From Candidatus Cryptobacteroides onthequi (lineage in GTDB: Bacteria; Bacteroidota; Bacteroidia; Bacteroidales; UBA932), in NCBI GenBank assembly GCA_018066125.1, contig JAGHSA010000007.1, positions 3,308 to 27,307 on the forward strand: a DNA stretch of 24,000 nt, in the 5' to 3' direction. The notes under the pieces are model-generated. The model saw only the letters and a program-made list of their open reading frames with translations, had not been told where the DNA came from and searched no databases. The position numbers and the translations under genes are program-made. Within the stretch, counting starts at the first letter, position 1. Every line of letters begins with the position of its first letter. Shown piece after piece: positions 1 to 7,702 of the stretch.

Positions 1-314
1 AAGTTGACCTCATTCTCTTCCAGAAAAGAACAGACCATGGTCTGGCAGTTCCTGTTCACATAATCGAAGTACAGGGCCACGCCATGCCCCTCCGGAGGGA
101 TAGAGATGTCAGCCTTCGCGTCCCTTCCGACCAGGATTATGGAAAACGGGGGAATCATGATGGTATCGCCACCCTTGGAAAAGCGCGACACCTTGGGACC
201 ATTCATATATATGAGGTTGAGGCTTTCATCTCCACATGGCAACAGAGAATGCTGGCCCGGACTCATGTACACGAAGATTTTTTCTTTTCTCAATTTGCAT
301 GTTGTGATATCCAT
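1..314 (-). CDS. Partial CDS covering the N-terminal ~104 codons and continuing past the left edge. Hypothetical protein, possibly a cupin/AraC-type ligand-binding N-terminal domain.
   Basis: I translated the minus strand by hand from the ATG at 314..312: MDITTCKLRKEKIFVYMSPGQHSLLPCGDESLNLIYMNGPKVSRFSKGGDTIMIPPFSIILVGRDAKADISIPPEGHGVALYFDYVNRNCQTMVCSFLEENEVN. It stays open to position 1. It is missing from the ORF track because it has no in-window stop. The family guess rests only on a GDxIxIPP-like cupin strand. Confidence 0.5.
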   Translation of the reverse strand, partial: MDITTCKLRKEKIFVYMSPGQHSLLPCGDESLNLIYMNGPKVSRFSKGGDTIMIPPFSIILVGRDAKADISIPPEGHGVALYFDYVNRNCQTMVCSFLEENEVN

Positions 315-364
315 AGTTATTGATTTCCATAAAAATAGATAACACAATGAAAATAATCTTTACC

Positions 365-396
365 AAAAAAGGACCGCGTTTTACCATACGCAGTCC
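365..396 (-). terminator. Intrinsic terminator downstream of the TauE/SafE gene
   Basis: The minus-strand RNA reads GGACUGCG-(10 nt loop)-CGCGGUCC followed by UUUUUU. That is an 8-bp stem with one G-U pair. It begins about 21 nt after the stop codon at 418..420. Confidence 0.6.
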
Positions 397-417
397 AGAT
401 AAAAGGCATATCAGTAT

Positions 418-1149
418 TCAGGCGAGGAGTGCCACCAGTCCGCTGAGCGCCATATAGGCATAGACCACTCTTCGGAGCACTGAAAGCGGCATGCGGTCAA
501 ACACCTTCGCACCCAGCCATATCCCTATGATGACGCCCGCGAGCCCGCAGCACCAGCCAAGGCCGACGGCTCCTGTCACGAACCCGTTTGCCGCACGGAA
601 ACCGGTCATCATCAGGTTGCCGAACATGAAGAAGGCCTGGGTGATGGCGAGATACTCTTCCTTGGTATCCGTGCATGCGATGAAGTAGAGCACAGCAGGA
701 GGACCCTGCATGGCGAAGAGGCCACCCATCAGACCGGAGGCCGTGCCCATGGTGAGCTGTACCGGCATGGTAGGGCGTACCCTTATGCGTTCGCTGATGA
801 AGAAGAAATAGATGCTCACCGCAATGAGTATCACGCCCAGGATGTGCTTGAGAAGCCTGTCATCCACTCTTGCGACCATCCTGATGGCGAAGAATGAGAC
901 CACAATGAAAGTGACAAGTATCGGGAGTAGCTTGCGCCAGGGTATGTGCTTCCACATGACAGCAGAGATGTAGCAGGAGTTGACCACCGCCAGCAGGCCT
1001 GACAATGCCGTGGCTTCCCCATAGGACGGCATGATCAGCGGCAGTATCGTCATGATGAAGATGCCGAAGCCGAAGCCCGTCACCCTCTGGATGAAACTCG
1101 CTACAGTGGATGCGAGAAAAATGACCGCTATTGTGGCACACAAGCTCAT
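418..1149 (-). CDS. TSUP-family membrane permease (TauE/SafE sulfite-exporter family)
   Basis: The 243-aa product is polytopic and hydrophobic. Its N-terminus (VASFIQRVTGFGFGIF) and Gly-rich TM repeats are typical of TauE/SafE. Confidence 0.85.
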   Translation of the reverse strand: MSLCATIAVIFLASTVASFIQRVTGFGFGIFIMTILPLIMPSYGEATALSGLLAVVNSCYISAVMWKHIPWRKLLPILVTFIVVSFFAIRMVARVDDRLLKHILGVILIAVSIYFFFISERIRVRPTMPVQLTMGTASGLMGGLFAMQGPPAVLYFIACTDTKEEYLAITQAFFMFGNLMMTGFRAANGFVTGAVGLGWCCGLAGVIIGIWLGAKVFDRMPLSVLRRVVYAYMALSGLVALLA

Positions 1150-1157
1150 TGCGGCGG

Positions 1158-1165
1158 CAAATTTA
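1158..1165 (-). promoter_or_regulatory. Bacteroidetes -7 promoter box (TAAATTTG on the minus strand) for the TauE/SafE gene
   Basis: Exact match to TAnnTTTG, 8 nt upstream of the ATG at 1149. No clear -33 TTTG. Confidence 0.35.
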
Positions 1166-1202
1166 GTAAATTATTCCTGCACTATACATCGGATGCATTT
1201 CC

Positions 1203-1210
1203 TATATTTG
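1203..1210 (+). promoter_or_regulatory. Bacteroidetes -7 promoter box (TATATTTG) for crcB
   Basis: Exact TAnnTTTG match, 5 nt upstream of the ATG at 1216. This implies a leaderless or near-leaderless mRNA, or use of Met6/Met7 as the true start. Confidence 0.35.
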
Positions 1211-1215
1211 CAGCC

Positions 1216-1581
1216 ATGATACGCAATTTCATGATGGTCGGATGCGGAGGAGCCGTGGGAGCAATGCTCAGATATGGTGCCACGCTTGCATGTACCGCTG
1301 CCGGTTCGACATCCGAGCTGGCGACATTCATCATCAATGCGGCAGGCTCGCTGCTGATGGGACTTCTTATAGGATCATGCGGACAGAGCCCCTGGTTGCT
1401 GATGCTGACGACAGGACTCTGCGGTGGTTTCACCACCTACAGCACCTTCTCCGTACAGTCTGTCACACTGATGCAGCAGGGGCGCTGGGGAAGCGCAGCC
1501 CTCTACGTGCTCGGCACCGTCATCGTCTGTCTGCTGTCTGCAGCCGCCGGCCTCTGGCTGGGCCAGAGACTGTCCCACTAG
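1216..1581 (+). CDS. crcB: Fluoride ion channel CrcB/FluC
   Basis: The 121-aa product has four TM segments. It carries GCGGAVGAMLRY near the N-terminus and the GLCGGFTTYSTF motif, both characteristic of CrcB. Confidence 0.9.
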   Translation: MIRNFMMVGCGGAVGAMLRYGATLACTAAGSTSELATFIINAAGSLLMGLLIGSCGQSPWLLMLTTGLCGGFTTYSTFSVQSVTLMQQGRWGSAALYVLGTVIVCLLSAAAGLWLGQRLSH

Positions 1582-1610
1582 ACTGATCGTCGCAGAATAA
1601 TACCTACCTG

Positions 1611-2822
1611 CTACTGGACGTCTTTGATCTTGAAGCCCTGCGATTCAAGAGCCTTGATGATAGTATCTATGTGAGCGCGGTCGCGGGTCTCCATGGATAT
1701 GCGGAGGACACATGCCTTGACATCGATATTGGTATTTGTCCTCTCATGGAGAAGAGCTGTGACATTCGCTCCAAGATCAGCGATGATCTTGCTGACCTCA
1801 AGGAGCTGTCCGGGGCTGTCCGGAAGTTCGACTGACAGAGTGCACTGGCGTCCGTTCTTCTGCAGACCTCTGTTGATGAAGCGATTAAGGAAGGTCACAT
1901 CAACATTTCCTCCACTCACTACACAAGCCACTTTCTTGCCTTCGAGAGGGAGATTGCCGAACATGGCTGCCGCTACAGACACGGCTCCCGCACCTTCGGC
2001 GATAAGCTTGTGCTTCTCCAGAAGGAGGAGGATCGCCGCACATACCTCGTCATCGGTCACGGTGATGATCTTGTCGACATATCTGCAGCAGAGCTGATAC
2101 GTCAGATCGCCCGGCTGCTTCACAGCGATACCGTCCGCGATGGTGGACACGCCGTCGAGGTGCTCGATCCGGCCGGTCTCGAGGCTCTTCACCATACTCG
2201 GTGCGCCTGCCGCCTGCACGCCGTACACCTTTATGCGGGGATTGATCTGCTTTGCAGCGTATGCGATGCCGCTGATCAGACCGCCGCCGCCGACAGGTAC
2301 GATGATGGAGTCCACTTCTGGAAGTTCATCGAGAATCTCGAGTGCGATGGTACCCTGTCCGGCGATGACAAGAGGATTGTCGAAAGGATGGACAAATGTC
2401 ATCTGCTTTTCGTCTCTGAGTTCCAGAGCCTTGTGATAGGCATCATCATACACTCCGGGCACCAGACAGATCTCCGCGCCATAGCTTCTGGTAGCCTCGA
2501 CCTTGGAAATAGGTGCTCCTGCAGGGAGGCAGATTATTGATTTGATGCCTGCTGCCTGGGCGGCGAGGGCCACTCCCTGGGCATGGTTTCCCGCCGAGCT
2601 GGCTATCACTCCCCTTGCCTTCTCCTCATCGGAGAGCTGTGATATCATATAGCTGGCTCCTCTGACCTTGAAGGATCCTGTCACCTGAAGATTCTCAGGC
2701 TTGATATATACCTCGCAGTCATTCCTGACCGCCGGAGCAGCCACGAGATGGGTAGGTCTGAGTATAGGCTTGAGCGCATGTGTGGCGCGATAGATTTCGT
2801 TAAGGGTAAGTTCTCTGTCCAT
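1611..2822 (-). CDS. ilvA: Threonine ammonia-lyase (threonine dehydratase, medium form with one C-terminal ACT-like domain)
   Basis: The PLP-lysine motif SFKVRGA, the Gly-rich loop VGGGGLISG and a C-terminal regulatory domain are present. I moved the start from 2906 to the internal ATG at 2822 (MDRELTLNEIY...). The 28-aa extension is hydrophobic and unlike the family, and a TAnnTTTG box sits inside it at 2861..2868. Confidence 0.85.
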   Translation of the reverse strand: MDRELTLNEIYRATHALKPILRPTHLVAAPAVRNDCEVYIKPENLQVTGSFKVRGASYMISQLSDEEKARGVIASSAGNHAQGVALAAQAAGIKSIICLPAGAPISKVEATRSYGAEICLVPGVYDDAYHKALELRDEKQMTFVHPFDNPLVIAGQGTIALEILDELPEVDSIIVPVGGGGLISGIAYAAKQINPRIKVYGVQAAGAPSMVKSLETGRIEHLDGVSTIADGIAVKQPGDLTYQLCCRYVDKIITVTDDEVCAAILLLLEKHKLIAEGAGAVSVAAAMFGNLPLEGKKVACVVSGGNVDVTFLNRFINRGLQKNGRQCTLSVELPDSPGQLLEVSKIIADLGANVTALLHERTNTNIDVKACVLRISMETRDRAHIDTIIKALESQGFKIKDVQ

Positions 2823-2860
2823 TTCTGCATAAGCCTTTCTCGAAATATGAGAAAAGCCGC

Positions 2861-2868
2861 CAAAATTA
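2861..2868 (-). promoter_or_regulatory. Bacteroidetes -7 promoter box (TAATTTTG on the minus strand) for ilvA
   Basis: Exact TAnnTTTG match, about 38 nt upstream of the ATG at 2822. Confidence 0.4.
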
Positions 2869-2913
2869 GCAAAAATGAGCATAAAGAGAAAGTGAGGGAG
2901 TGACAATTATTCT

Positions 2914-2921
2914 TAACTTTG
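2914..2921 (+). promoter_or_regulatory. Bacteroidetes -7 promoter box (TAACTTTG) for the DUF362 gene
   Basis: Exact TAnnTTTG match, only 4 nt upstream of the ATG at 2926. No alternative Met occurs before residue 38. Confidence 0.35.
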
Positions 2922-2925
2922 GAGA

Positions 2926-4053
2926 ATGGAAACACCAAAAGTATATTTCTCAGACTTCCGCACACATTCCGGCGGAGACAGCCTCACACGCAAACTTCAG
3001 AAGCTCATCCTCAAGGGTGGCATAGGCGACATAGACATGGACGGCAAGTTTGTTGCCATCAAGATACATTTCGGCGAGCTGGGCAACATCAGCTTCCTCC
3101 GCCCGAACTGGGCGCGCGCCGTGGTGGATATCGTGAAGAGCAAGGGCGGCAAGCCTTTCCTCACCGACTGCAACACCATGTATCCGGGTGCCAGAAAGAA
3201 CGCTCTGGACCATCTCTACTGCGCATGGGAGAACGGATTCACGCCTCTCACCGTCGGATGTCCCGTCATCATCGGTGACGGACTCAAGGGAACCGATGAC
3301 ATCGAAGTGCCTGTGGAAGGAGGAGAGTATATCAAGTCAGCCAAGATAGGCCGCGCCGTCATGGATGCCGACATCATCATCAGCCTCACTCACTTCAAGG
3401 GCCATGAGATGACAGGATTCGGCGGAGCCATCAAGAATCTCGGCATGGGCTGCGGCTCACGCGCCGGCAAGAAGGAGCAGCACAGCAGCGGCAAGCCGTC
3501 CATCGACGAGAGTCTCTGCCGCGGATGCCGCAAATGCCAGAATGAGTGTGCCAACCAGGGTCTCGTATTCAATGCCGAAACGCGCAAGATGAGTGTCGAC
3601 CACAGCCACTGCGTAGGATGCGGACGCTGCCTCGGAGCATGTAACTTCGATGCTATCCAGTTTGACAACGACAATGCCGTGGCAGACCTCAACTGCCGCA
3701 TGGCCGAATACACCAAGGCCGTAGTGAGCGGAAGGCCACAGTTCCACATCTCCCTCATCGTGGACGTTTCCCCGTTCTGCGACTGTCACGGCGAGAATGA
3801 CGCCCCTATCCTCCCGAACATCGGAATGCTCTGCTCTACAGACCCTGTGGCCATTGACCAGGCATGCGCGGACCTCTGCCTCGCAGCCACACCGTTCGAG
3901 AACAGCCTCATCGGAGACCATCTCCATCAGCCGGGCTTCTGCGACCACCACGACCACTTCATCAACAGCCAGCCTGACTCCGAATGGAAGTCCTGCCTTG
4001 AGCATGCCGAGAAGATCGGCCTCGGTTCAAGGAAGTATGAGCTTGTGAAATAA
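2926..4053 (+). CDS. DUF362 domain protein with an inserted 2x[4Fe-4S] ferredoxin module
   Basis: The N-terminus KVYFSDF...KIHFGELGN...FLTDCNTMY is typical of DUF362. Two CxxCxxCxxxC motifs are present (CRGCRKCQNEC and CVGCGRCLGAC). The biochemical function of the family is unknown. Confidence 0.8.
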   Translation: METPKVYFSDFRTHSGGDSLTRKLQKLILKGGIGDIDMDGKFVAIKIHFGELGNISFLRPNWARAVVDIVKSKGGKPFLTDCNTMYPGARKNALDHLYCAWENGFTPLTVGCPVIIGDGLKGTDDIEVPVEGGEYIKSAKIGRAVMDADIIISLTHFKGHEMTGFGGAIKNLGMGCGSRAGKKEQHSSGKPSIDESLCRGCRKCQNECANQGLVFNAETRKMSVDHSHCVGCGRCLGACNFDAIQFDNDNAVADLNCRMAEYTKAVVSGRPQFHISLIVDVSPFCDCHGENDAPILPNIGMLCSTDPVAIDQACADLCLAATPFENSLIGDHLHQPGFCDHHDHFINSQPDSEWKSCLEHAEKIGLGSRKYELVK

Positions 4054-4056
4054 TTG

Positions 4057-5088
4057 CTAAATCACCACCCTGCGGCCCTCTTCTGAAGACTTGATGGCGG
4101 CAAATACGGCGCGCATTGCAGCCAGGACACCCCTGGCATCGATCAGCGGCTCCTTGTCATTCTCGATGCAGTCGATGAAGGCATCGATGACGCCTGACTT
4201 GGTCTGGTCGTCGTTGGTCTGTATCCTGCCGAGATCGAATGTCTCCTTGGCACCGTTCTTCTTCCAGATGACGATCTGCGGAAGATCCACGCCGTAGATG
4301 GCCATGTCACCTTCGGTTCCGAATATGGTGGTGGAATTGTCCTCGACGCCGTAATAGGTCCAGCTGGCCACCATGGTACCCATCGCTCCCCCGCTCATCT
4401 CATAGATGCAGATGGCGTTGTCATCGACACTGATCGGATTGCCTTCGGCATCGACCTTGTCGATCGTGGCGAGCCTCGCGGTCACTGCCGTGACTTCCTG
4501 GCCTATGAGGTACTGGATGAGATCCGTCTTGTGGATACCGAGATCTGCCATCACACCCATGGCTGCCTGCTTCTTGTCGAAGAACCATGTATTCCTGCCG
4601 GGATCGACGCTCCATGTCTCAGGGCCAGAATGGCCGAAATAGGTGCGGAAAGTGAGCACCTTGCCTATGGCGCCGGCCCCGATGAGCATCTTCGCCATGG
4701 CATGGGCCTGCGCGAGTCTCTGGTTCTGTCCTATCATGAGCTTGCGGCCGCATTCTTCCGCTGTCTTCACCATGAGCTCACACTCTTCGATGGTGATGGC
4801 CATAGGCTTCTCGCAAAGCACATGCTTGCCTGCGCGGAGGGCCTTCACTGTCACCTCGCAATGCGCCACATTGGCCACACACACACTGACAGCATCGATT
4901 TCCGGGTCTGCGAGCAGAGCGTCAAGAGTATCATAAGCCTTGGCGCCGATCTTCTGTGCGAGCTCGGCAGCGCGCTCCATGTTGTTGTCGAACAATCCGA
5001 CGATGCGCGCGTCTGGGTTTGCAAGATATTCAGGGATGTGCCTTACCTGCGAGATCTTCCCGCAGCCGATGATTCCGATTCCAGTCAT
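4057..5088 (-). CDS. Gfo/Idh/MocA-family NAD(P)-dependent oxidoreductase (cytoplasmic)
   Basis: The N-terminal Rossmann motif GIGIIGCGKIS, the EKP motif (VLCEKPMA) and the length (343 aa) fit the family. No signal peptide. Confidence 0.85.
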   Translation of the reverse strand: MTGIGIIGCGKISQVRHIPEYLANPDARIVGLFDNNMERAAELAQKIGAKAYDTLDALLADPEIDAVSVCVANVAHCEVTVKALRAGKHVLCEKPMAITIEECELMVKTAEECGRKLMIGQNQRLAQAHAMAKMLIGAGAIGKVLTFRTYFGHSGPETWSVDPGRNTWFFDKKQAAMGVMADLGIHKTDLIQYLIGQEVTAVTARLATIDKVDAEGNPISVDDNAICIYEMSGGAMGTMVASWTYYGVEDNSTTIFGTEGDMAIYGVDLPQIVIWKKNGAKETFDLGRIQTNDDQTKSGVIDAFIDCIENDKEPLIDARGVLAAMRAVFAAIKSSEEGRRVVI

Positions 5089-5215
5089 AGTGATAGTGTG
5101 TTAGCGGATACAATATAGGCAATAATTCCCGCACAACAATGACCCCCAACGCATTTTCTTCACACAGGAGCATGTCATGACGGCATGGCACGCGTCGGGA
5201 TGCCGACGCCAACGA

Positions 5216-5833
5216 TCAGAATCTGAGCGCGAATGCGGGACCGGCGGCTCCTGAGAGCGGGTCATACATGGGAGCCAGGGAGAGCTCCGCACGGGCATTG
5301 CGGCGCTGACCGGATATGCGCCCGAGAACATTGTGCGCCGGCTCGAGAAGCCAGTACCCCACACTGGCGCTGAGGATGCCGCAGCCCGCTCCGGCCACCG
5401 TATCCCACCAGTAGTGGCGGTGATGGTACACGCGCAGCGCGGCCACACTCCCGGCCACGGCATAGGCTCCTGCACCCCATCCCCATCCATATTCGCGGCG
5501 CACTATCTCTGCGCCGAGAAATGCGGTCGCGCTGTGCCCGCTCGGGAATGAATTGCGCGCCGAGCCGTCGGGGCGCTCTTCACGCACTGTGTACTTGATG
5601 GCATTGACGAGCGCAGCTTCCGTCACGAATCCCATACCCGCCACCATCATGCGGTCCCATCCGGGATCCTGAGCCTTCACTCCGGTCCACCCGAGACCTA
5701 TGCCGGCCGCCAGGGGGACATACTGGAGGTAATAGTCGGCGACCGCATGCTCGTTGTACTGTGCATGCAGGGGATATCCGGCGAGAAGGGCCACCAGAGA
5801 AAGGAAACAGATGTACAGTCTTTTTGCGGGCAT
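5216..5833 (-). CDS. PAP2-family (type 2 phosphatidic-acid-phosphatase-like) membrane phosphatase
   Basis: All three PAP2 motifs are present: KYTVREERPDG (KxxxxxxRP), FPSGHS (PSGH) and LRVYHHRHYWWD (SRxxxxxHxxxD-like). An N-terminal signal/TM segment is present. Confidence 0.8.
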   Translation of the reverse strand: MPAKRLYICFLSLVALLAGYPLHAQYNEHAVADYYLQYVPLAAGIGLGWTGVKAQDPGWDRMMVAGMGFVTEAALVNAIKYTVREERPDGSARNSFPSGHSATAFLGAEIVRREYGWGWGAGAYAVAGSVAALRVYHHRHYWWDTVAGAGCGILSASVGYWLLEPAHNVLGRISGQRRNARAELSLAPMYDPLSGAAGPAFALRF

Positions 5834-5837
5834 GGGG

Positions 5838-5845
5838 CAAAGTTA
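5838..5845 (-). promoter_or_regulatory. Bacteroidetes -7 promoter box (TAACTTTG on the minus strand) for the PAP2 gene
   Basis: Exact TAnnTTTG match, 4 nt upstream of the ATG at 5833. Confidence 0.35.
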
Positions 5846-5916
5846 GCATTCTTTCACTTGTCTTAATCAAAGATTGTGGCTAAATTGCATGGATAAATCA
5901 TTAAAATCGGACTATC

Positions 5917-6192
5917 ATGATCAGAATCAACTGTTTCTTCAAGGCAAAAGAGGACAAGTATGCAGAGGCCCTCGAATACGCAATCGCACTCGTAGCTGAA
6001 AGCCAGCGTCAGGAAGGATGCATCGCATATGATGTATTCGAGTCAGGCACACGCGGAGACGTGTTCATGATCTGCGAGACCTGGGCAAGCCAGGAGCTCC
6101 TCGATGCACATTCAGCATCAGAGCCTTTCACACGCCTCGTCCCTCAGATCCAGGAGTGCGGAGAGCTCAAGATCGAGGTATTCAACTTCTAG
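5917..6192 (+). CDS. ABM-domain protein (antibiotic-biosynthesis-monooxygenase / quinol-monooxygenase-like ferredoxin fold)
   Basis: The 91-aa product shows the ABM pattern: QEGCIAYDVF...ICETWASQELLDAHSASEPF (EpGC-x-Y...E-x-W...aH..s.hf). Confidence 0.7.
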   Translation: MIRINCFFKAKEDKYAEALEYAIALVAESQRQEGCIAYDVFESGTRGDVFMICETWASQELLDAHSASEPFTRLVPQIQECGELKIEVFNF

Positions 6193-6205
6193 AAACAATA
6201 CCGGA

Positions 6206-7702
6206 ATGGCTGACACCATCTACGATATCGTCACCTCCGGATGCCTGACATACGAGCAGAAACTCACCTCCCTGGCACGCGCCGCGGAGAATACTCTTGA
6301 TGTCCTGGACATGCCGGAAAAGACAAGGCAGTACTTTGCCGAAGGCGTCATCTGCAACCTCAATGAGGGTGCGGCGCCGTACCGTCCGCGCTACATCATG
6401 CCGGACTACGCCAAGACGGTGAAAAACGGTGTGAAGTTCCTCGAGCTCGACCCTCCTAAGGATCTTGACGAGCTGCTGAACTTCCTCCAGATACTCTACA
6501 GGCATGTGCCGTCGATTACCACTTTCCCGGTGTATCTCGGCGCCCTTGACACCCTGATCGAGCCTTTCCTGGACGGCGTATCCGATGAAGAGGCGGAGAA
6601 GAAGATAAGGCTTTTCTTCCGCTTCCTGGACCGTACCATCACGGACAGTTTCTGCCACGCCAACCTCGGCCCGGCCGAGACCCGCGCTGGACGCATCATA
6701 CTCAAGGTGGAGCAGAGCATCGCCCAGGCAGTGCCCAACCTCACCCTCAAGTACGACCCCGAGATCACCAGCGACTCCTTTGCGGAGCTGGCACTCCAGA
6801 CCAGCCTGTACTGCGCCAACCCTGCCATCTGCAACGACCCGGGCAACAGGGATACCTATGACCATTACGGCATAAGCAGCTGCTACAACATCCTCCCGGT
6901 CGGAGGCGGTTCGTACACGCTCACGCGCATAGTGCTCCCGCGCCTCGCGCAGAAGACGGACTCGCTTGACGAGTTCCTGGAGGTCATGCTCCCCGATGCA
7001 CTCAGATGCATGGCGGACTACATGAGCGAGCGCATCAGGTTCATCGTGGAGAAGAGCAGATTCTTCGAGTCCCACTTTCTTGCGAAGGAGGGTCTCGTGG
7101 AGCGCGACCGCTTCACCGCGATGTTCGGCATGGTGGGACTCGCTGAAGCAGCGAACCATTTCGCCGAAGGCGCAAGATACGGCCACGACGCGGAGGCCGA
7201 CGACATCGCAGACAGAATCATGACGGTGATCAGCGACTTCGCGGCGGCATACGAAGCACCGTACTGCGAGATCAGCGGCCACAGGCTGCTGCTCCACGCA
7301 CAGGTGGGCATCGACACCGACCACGGCATCACCTCAGGCGTACGCATCCCTGTAGGAGAGGAGCCTGAGCGCATGTACGACCACCTCAGGCACAGTGCAA
7401 GGTTCCACCGCTTCTTCCCTACCGGCTGCAGCGACATATTCGCATTCGACATCACCGGCAGGGACAACCCTGCCGCAATGCTCGATATCGTCAAGGGCGC
7501 ATTCAGCCTAGGGCACAAGTACATGGCGTTCTACGCTGCCGACAGCGACCTCGTCCGCATCACCGGATATCTGGTGAAGCGCAGCGAGATCGAGAAGTGG
7601 GACAGCGGAGAGGCCGTGCTTCAGAACACCACACAGCTCGGAGCGCCTACCTACAAGTCAGCGCACCTTGCCGACAGGAAAGTGCGGAGCACCGAAGGAT
7701 GA
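6206..7702 (+). CDS. yjjI: YjjI-family glycine (glycyl) radical enzyme homolog (DUF3029)
   Basis: The product is about 498 aa. A C-terminal glycyl-radical-type motif DLVRITGYLV is present, with the Gly codon at 7565..7567. The stop overlaps the start of a YjjW-type activase in an ATGA, as in the E. coli yjjI-yjjW pair. I moved the start from 6104 to the ATG at 6206 (MADTIYDIV...) because the upstream extension overlaps the ABM gene. Confidence 0.7.
   Translation: MADTIYDIVTSGCLTYEQKLTSLARAAENTLDVLDMPEKTRQYFAEGVICNLNEGAAPYRPRYIMPDYAKTVKNGVKFLELDPPKDLDELLNFLQILYRHVPSITTFPVYLGALDTLIEPFLDGVSDEEAEKKIRLFFRFLDRTITDSFCHANLGPAETRAGRIILKVEQSIAQAVPNLTLKYDPEITSDSFAELALQTSLYCANPAICNDPGNRDTYDHYGISSCYNILPVGGGSYTLTRIVLPRLAQKTDSLDEFLEVMLPDALRCMADYMSERIRFIVEKSRFFESHFLAKEGLVERDRFTAMFGMVGLAEAANHFAEGARYGHDAEADDIADRIMTVISDFAAAYEAPYCEISGHRLLLHAQVGIDTDHGITSGVRIPVGEEPERMYDHLRHSARFHRFFPTGCSDIFAFDITGRDNPAAMLDIVKGAFSLGHKYMAFYAADSDLVRITGYLVKRSEIEKWDSGEAVLQNTTQLGAPTYKSAHLADRKVRSTEG

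Noticed and set aside
84-342. Two overlapping + strand ORFs (79 and 78 aa) at the left edge.
   Set aside because: The minus strand carries a longer frame that stays open to the window edge and has a more protein-like sequence, starting at the ATG at 314. The + strand ORFs are its shadows.
1150-1215. A possible fluoride riboswitch (crcB motif RNA) upstream of crcB.
   Set aside because: Only 66 nt separate crcB from the divergent TauE gene. I cannot find the conserved GGCGATGG...ACCGCC...CTGATGATGCCTAC-type segments. The ATCGGATGCATTTCC stretch is only a superficial resemblance.
2823-2906. N-terminal extensions in the ORF track for ilvA (2823..2906), yjjI (6104..6205), yjjW (7597..7698) and the EamA gene (11808..11942).
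   Set aside because: The extensions overlap upstream genes or promoter boxes. They are unlike the conserved family N-termini, which begin at the internal Met codons. Choosing those Mets gives compact ATGA or short-gap junctions.
5192-5209. A GC-rich hairpin GCGTCGG-GATG-CCGACGC just downstream of the PAP2 stop codon.
   Set aside because: It has a perfect 7-bp stem but no following U-tract on the minus-strand transcript, so I do not call it an intrinsic terminator. It may still stabilise the mRNA 3' end.
6182-7324. A 380-aa ORF on the minus strand antisense to yjjI. Similar long antisense ORFs occur at 2010..2540, 3457..4005, 4531..5118, 13576..14046, 15136..15867 and 22710..23255.
   Set aside because: Each lies entirely inside a well-supported gene on the other strand. 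Their translations are low-complexity and rich in Arg/Ala/Gly/His with no recognisable motifs. Shadow ORFs like these are expected in GC-rich coding sequence.
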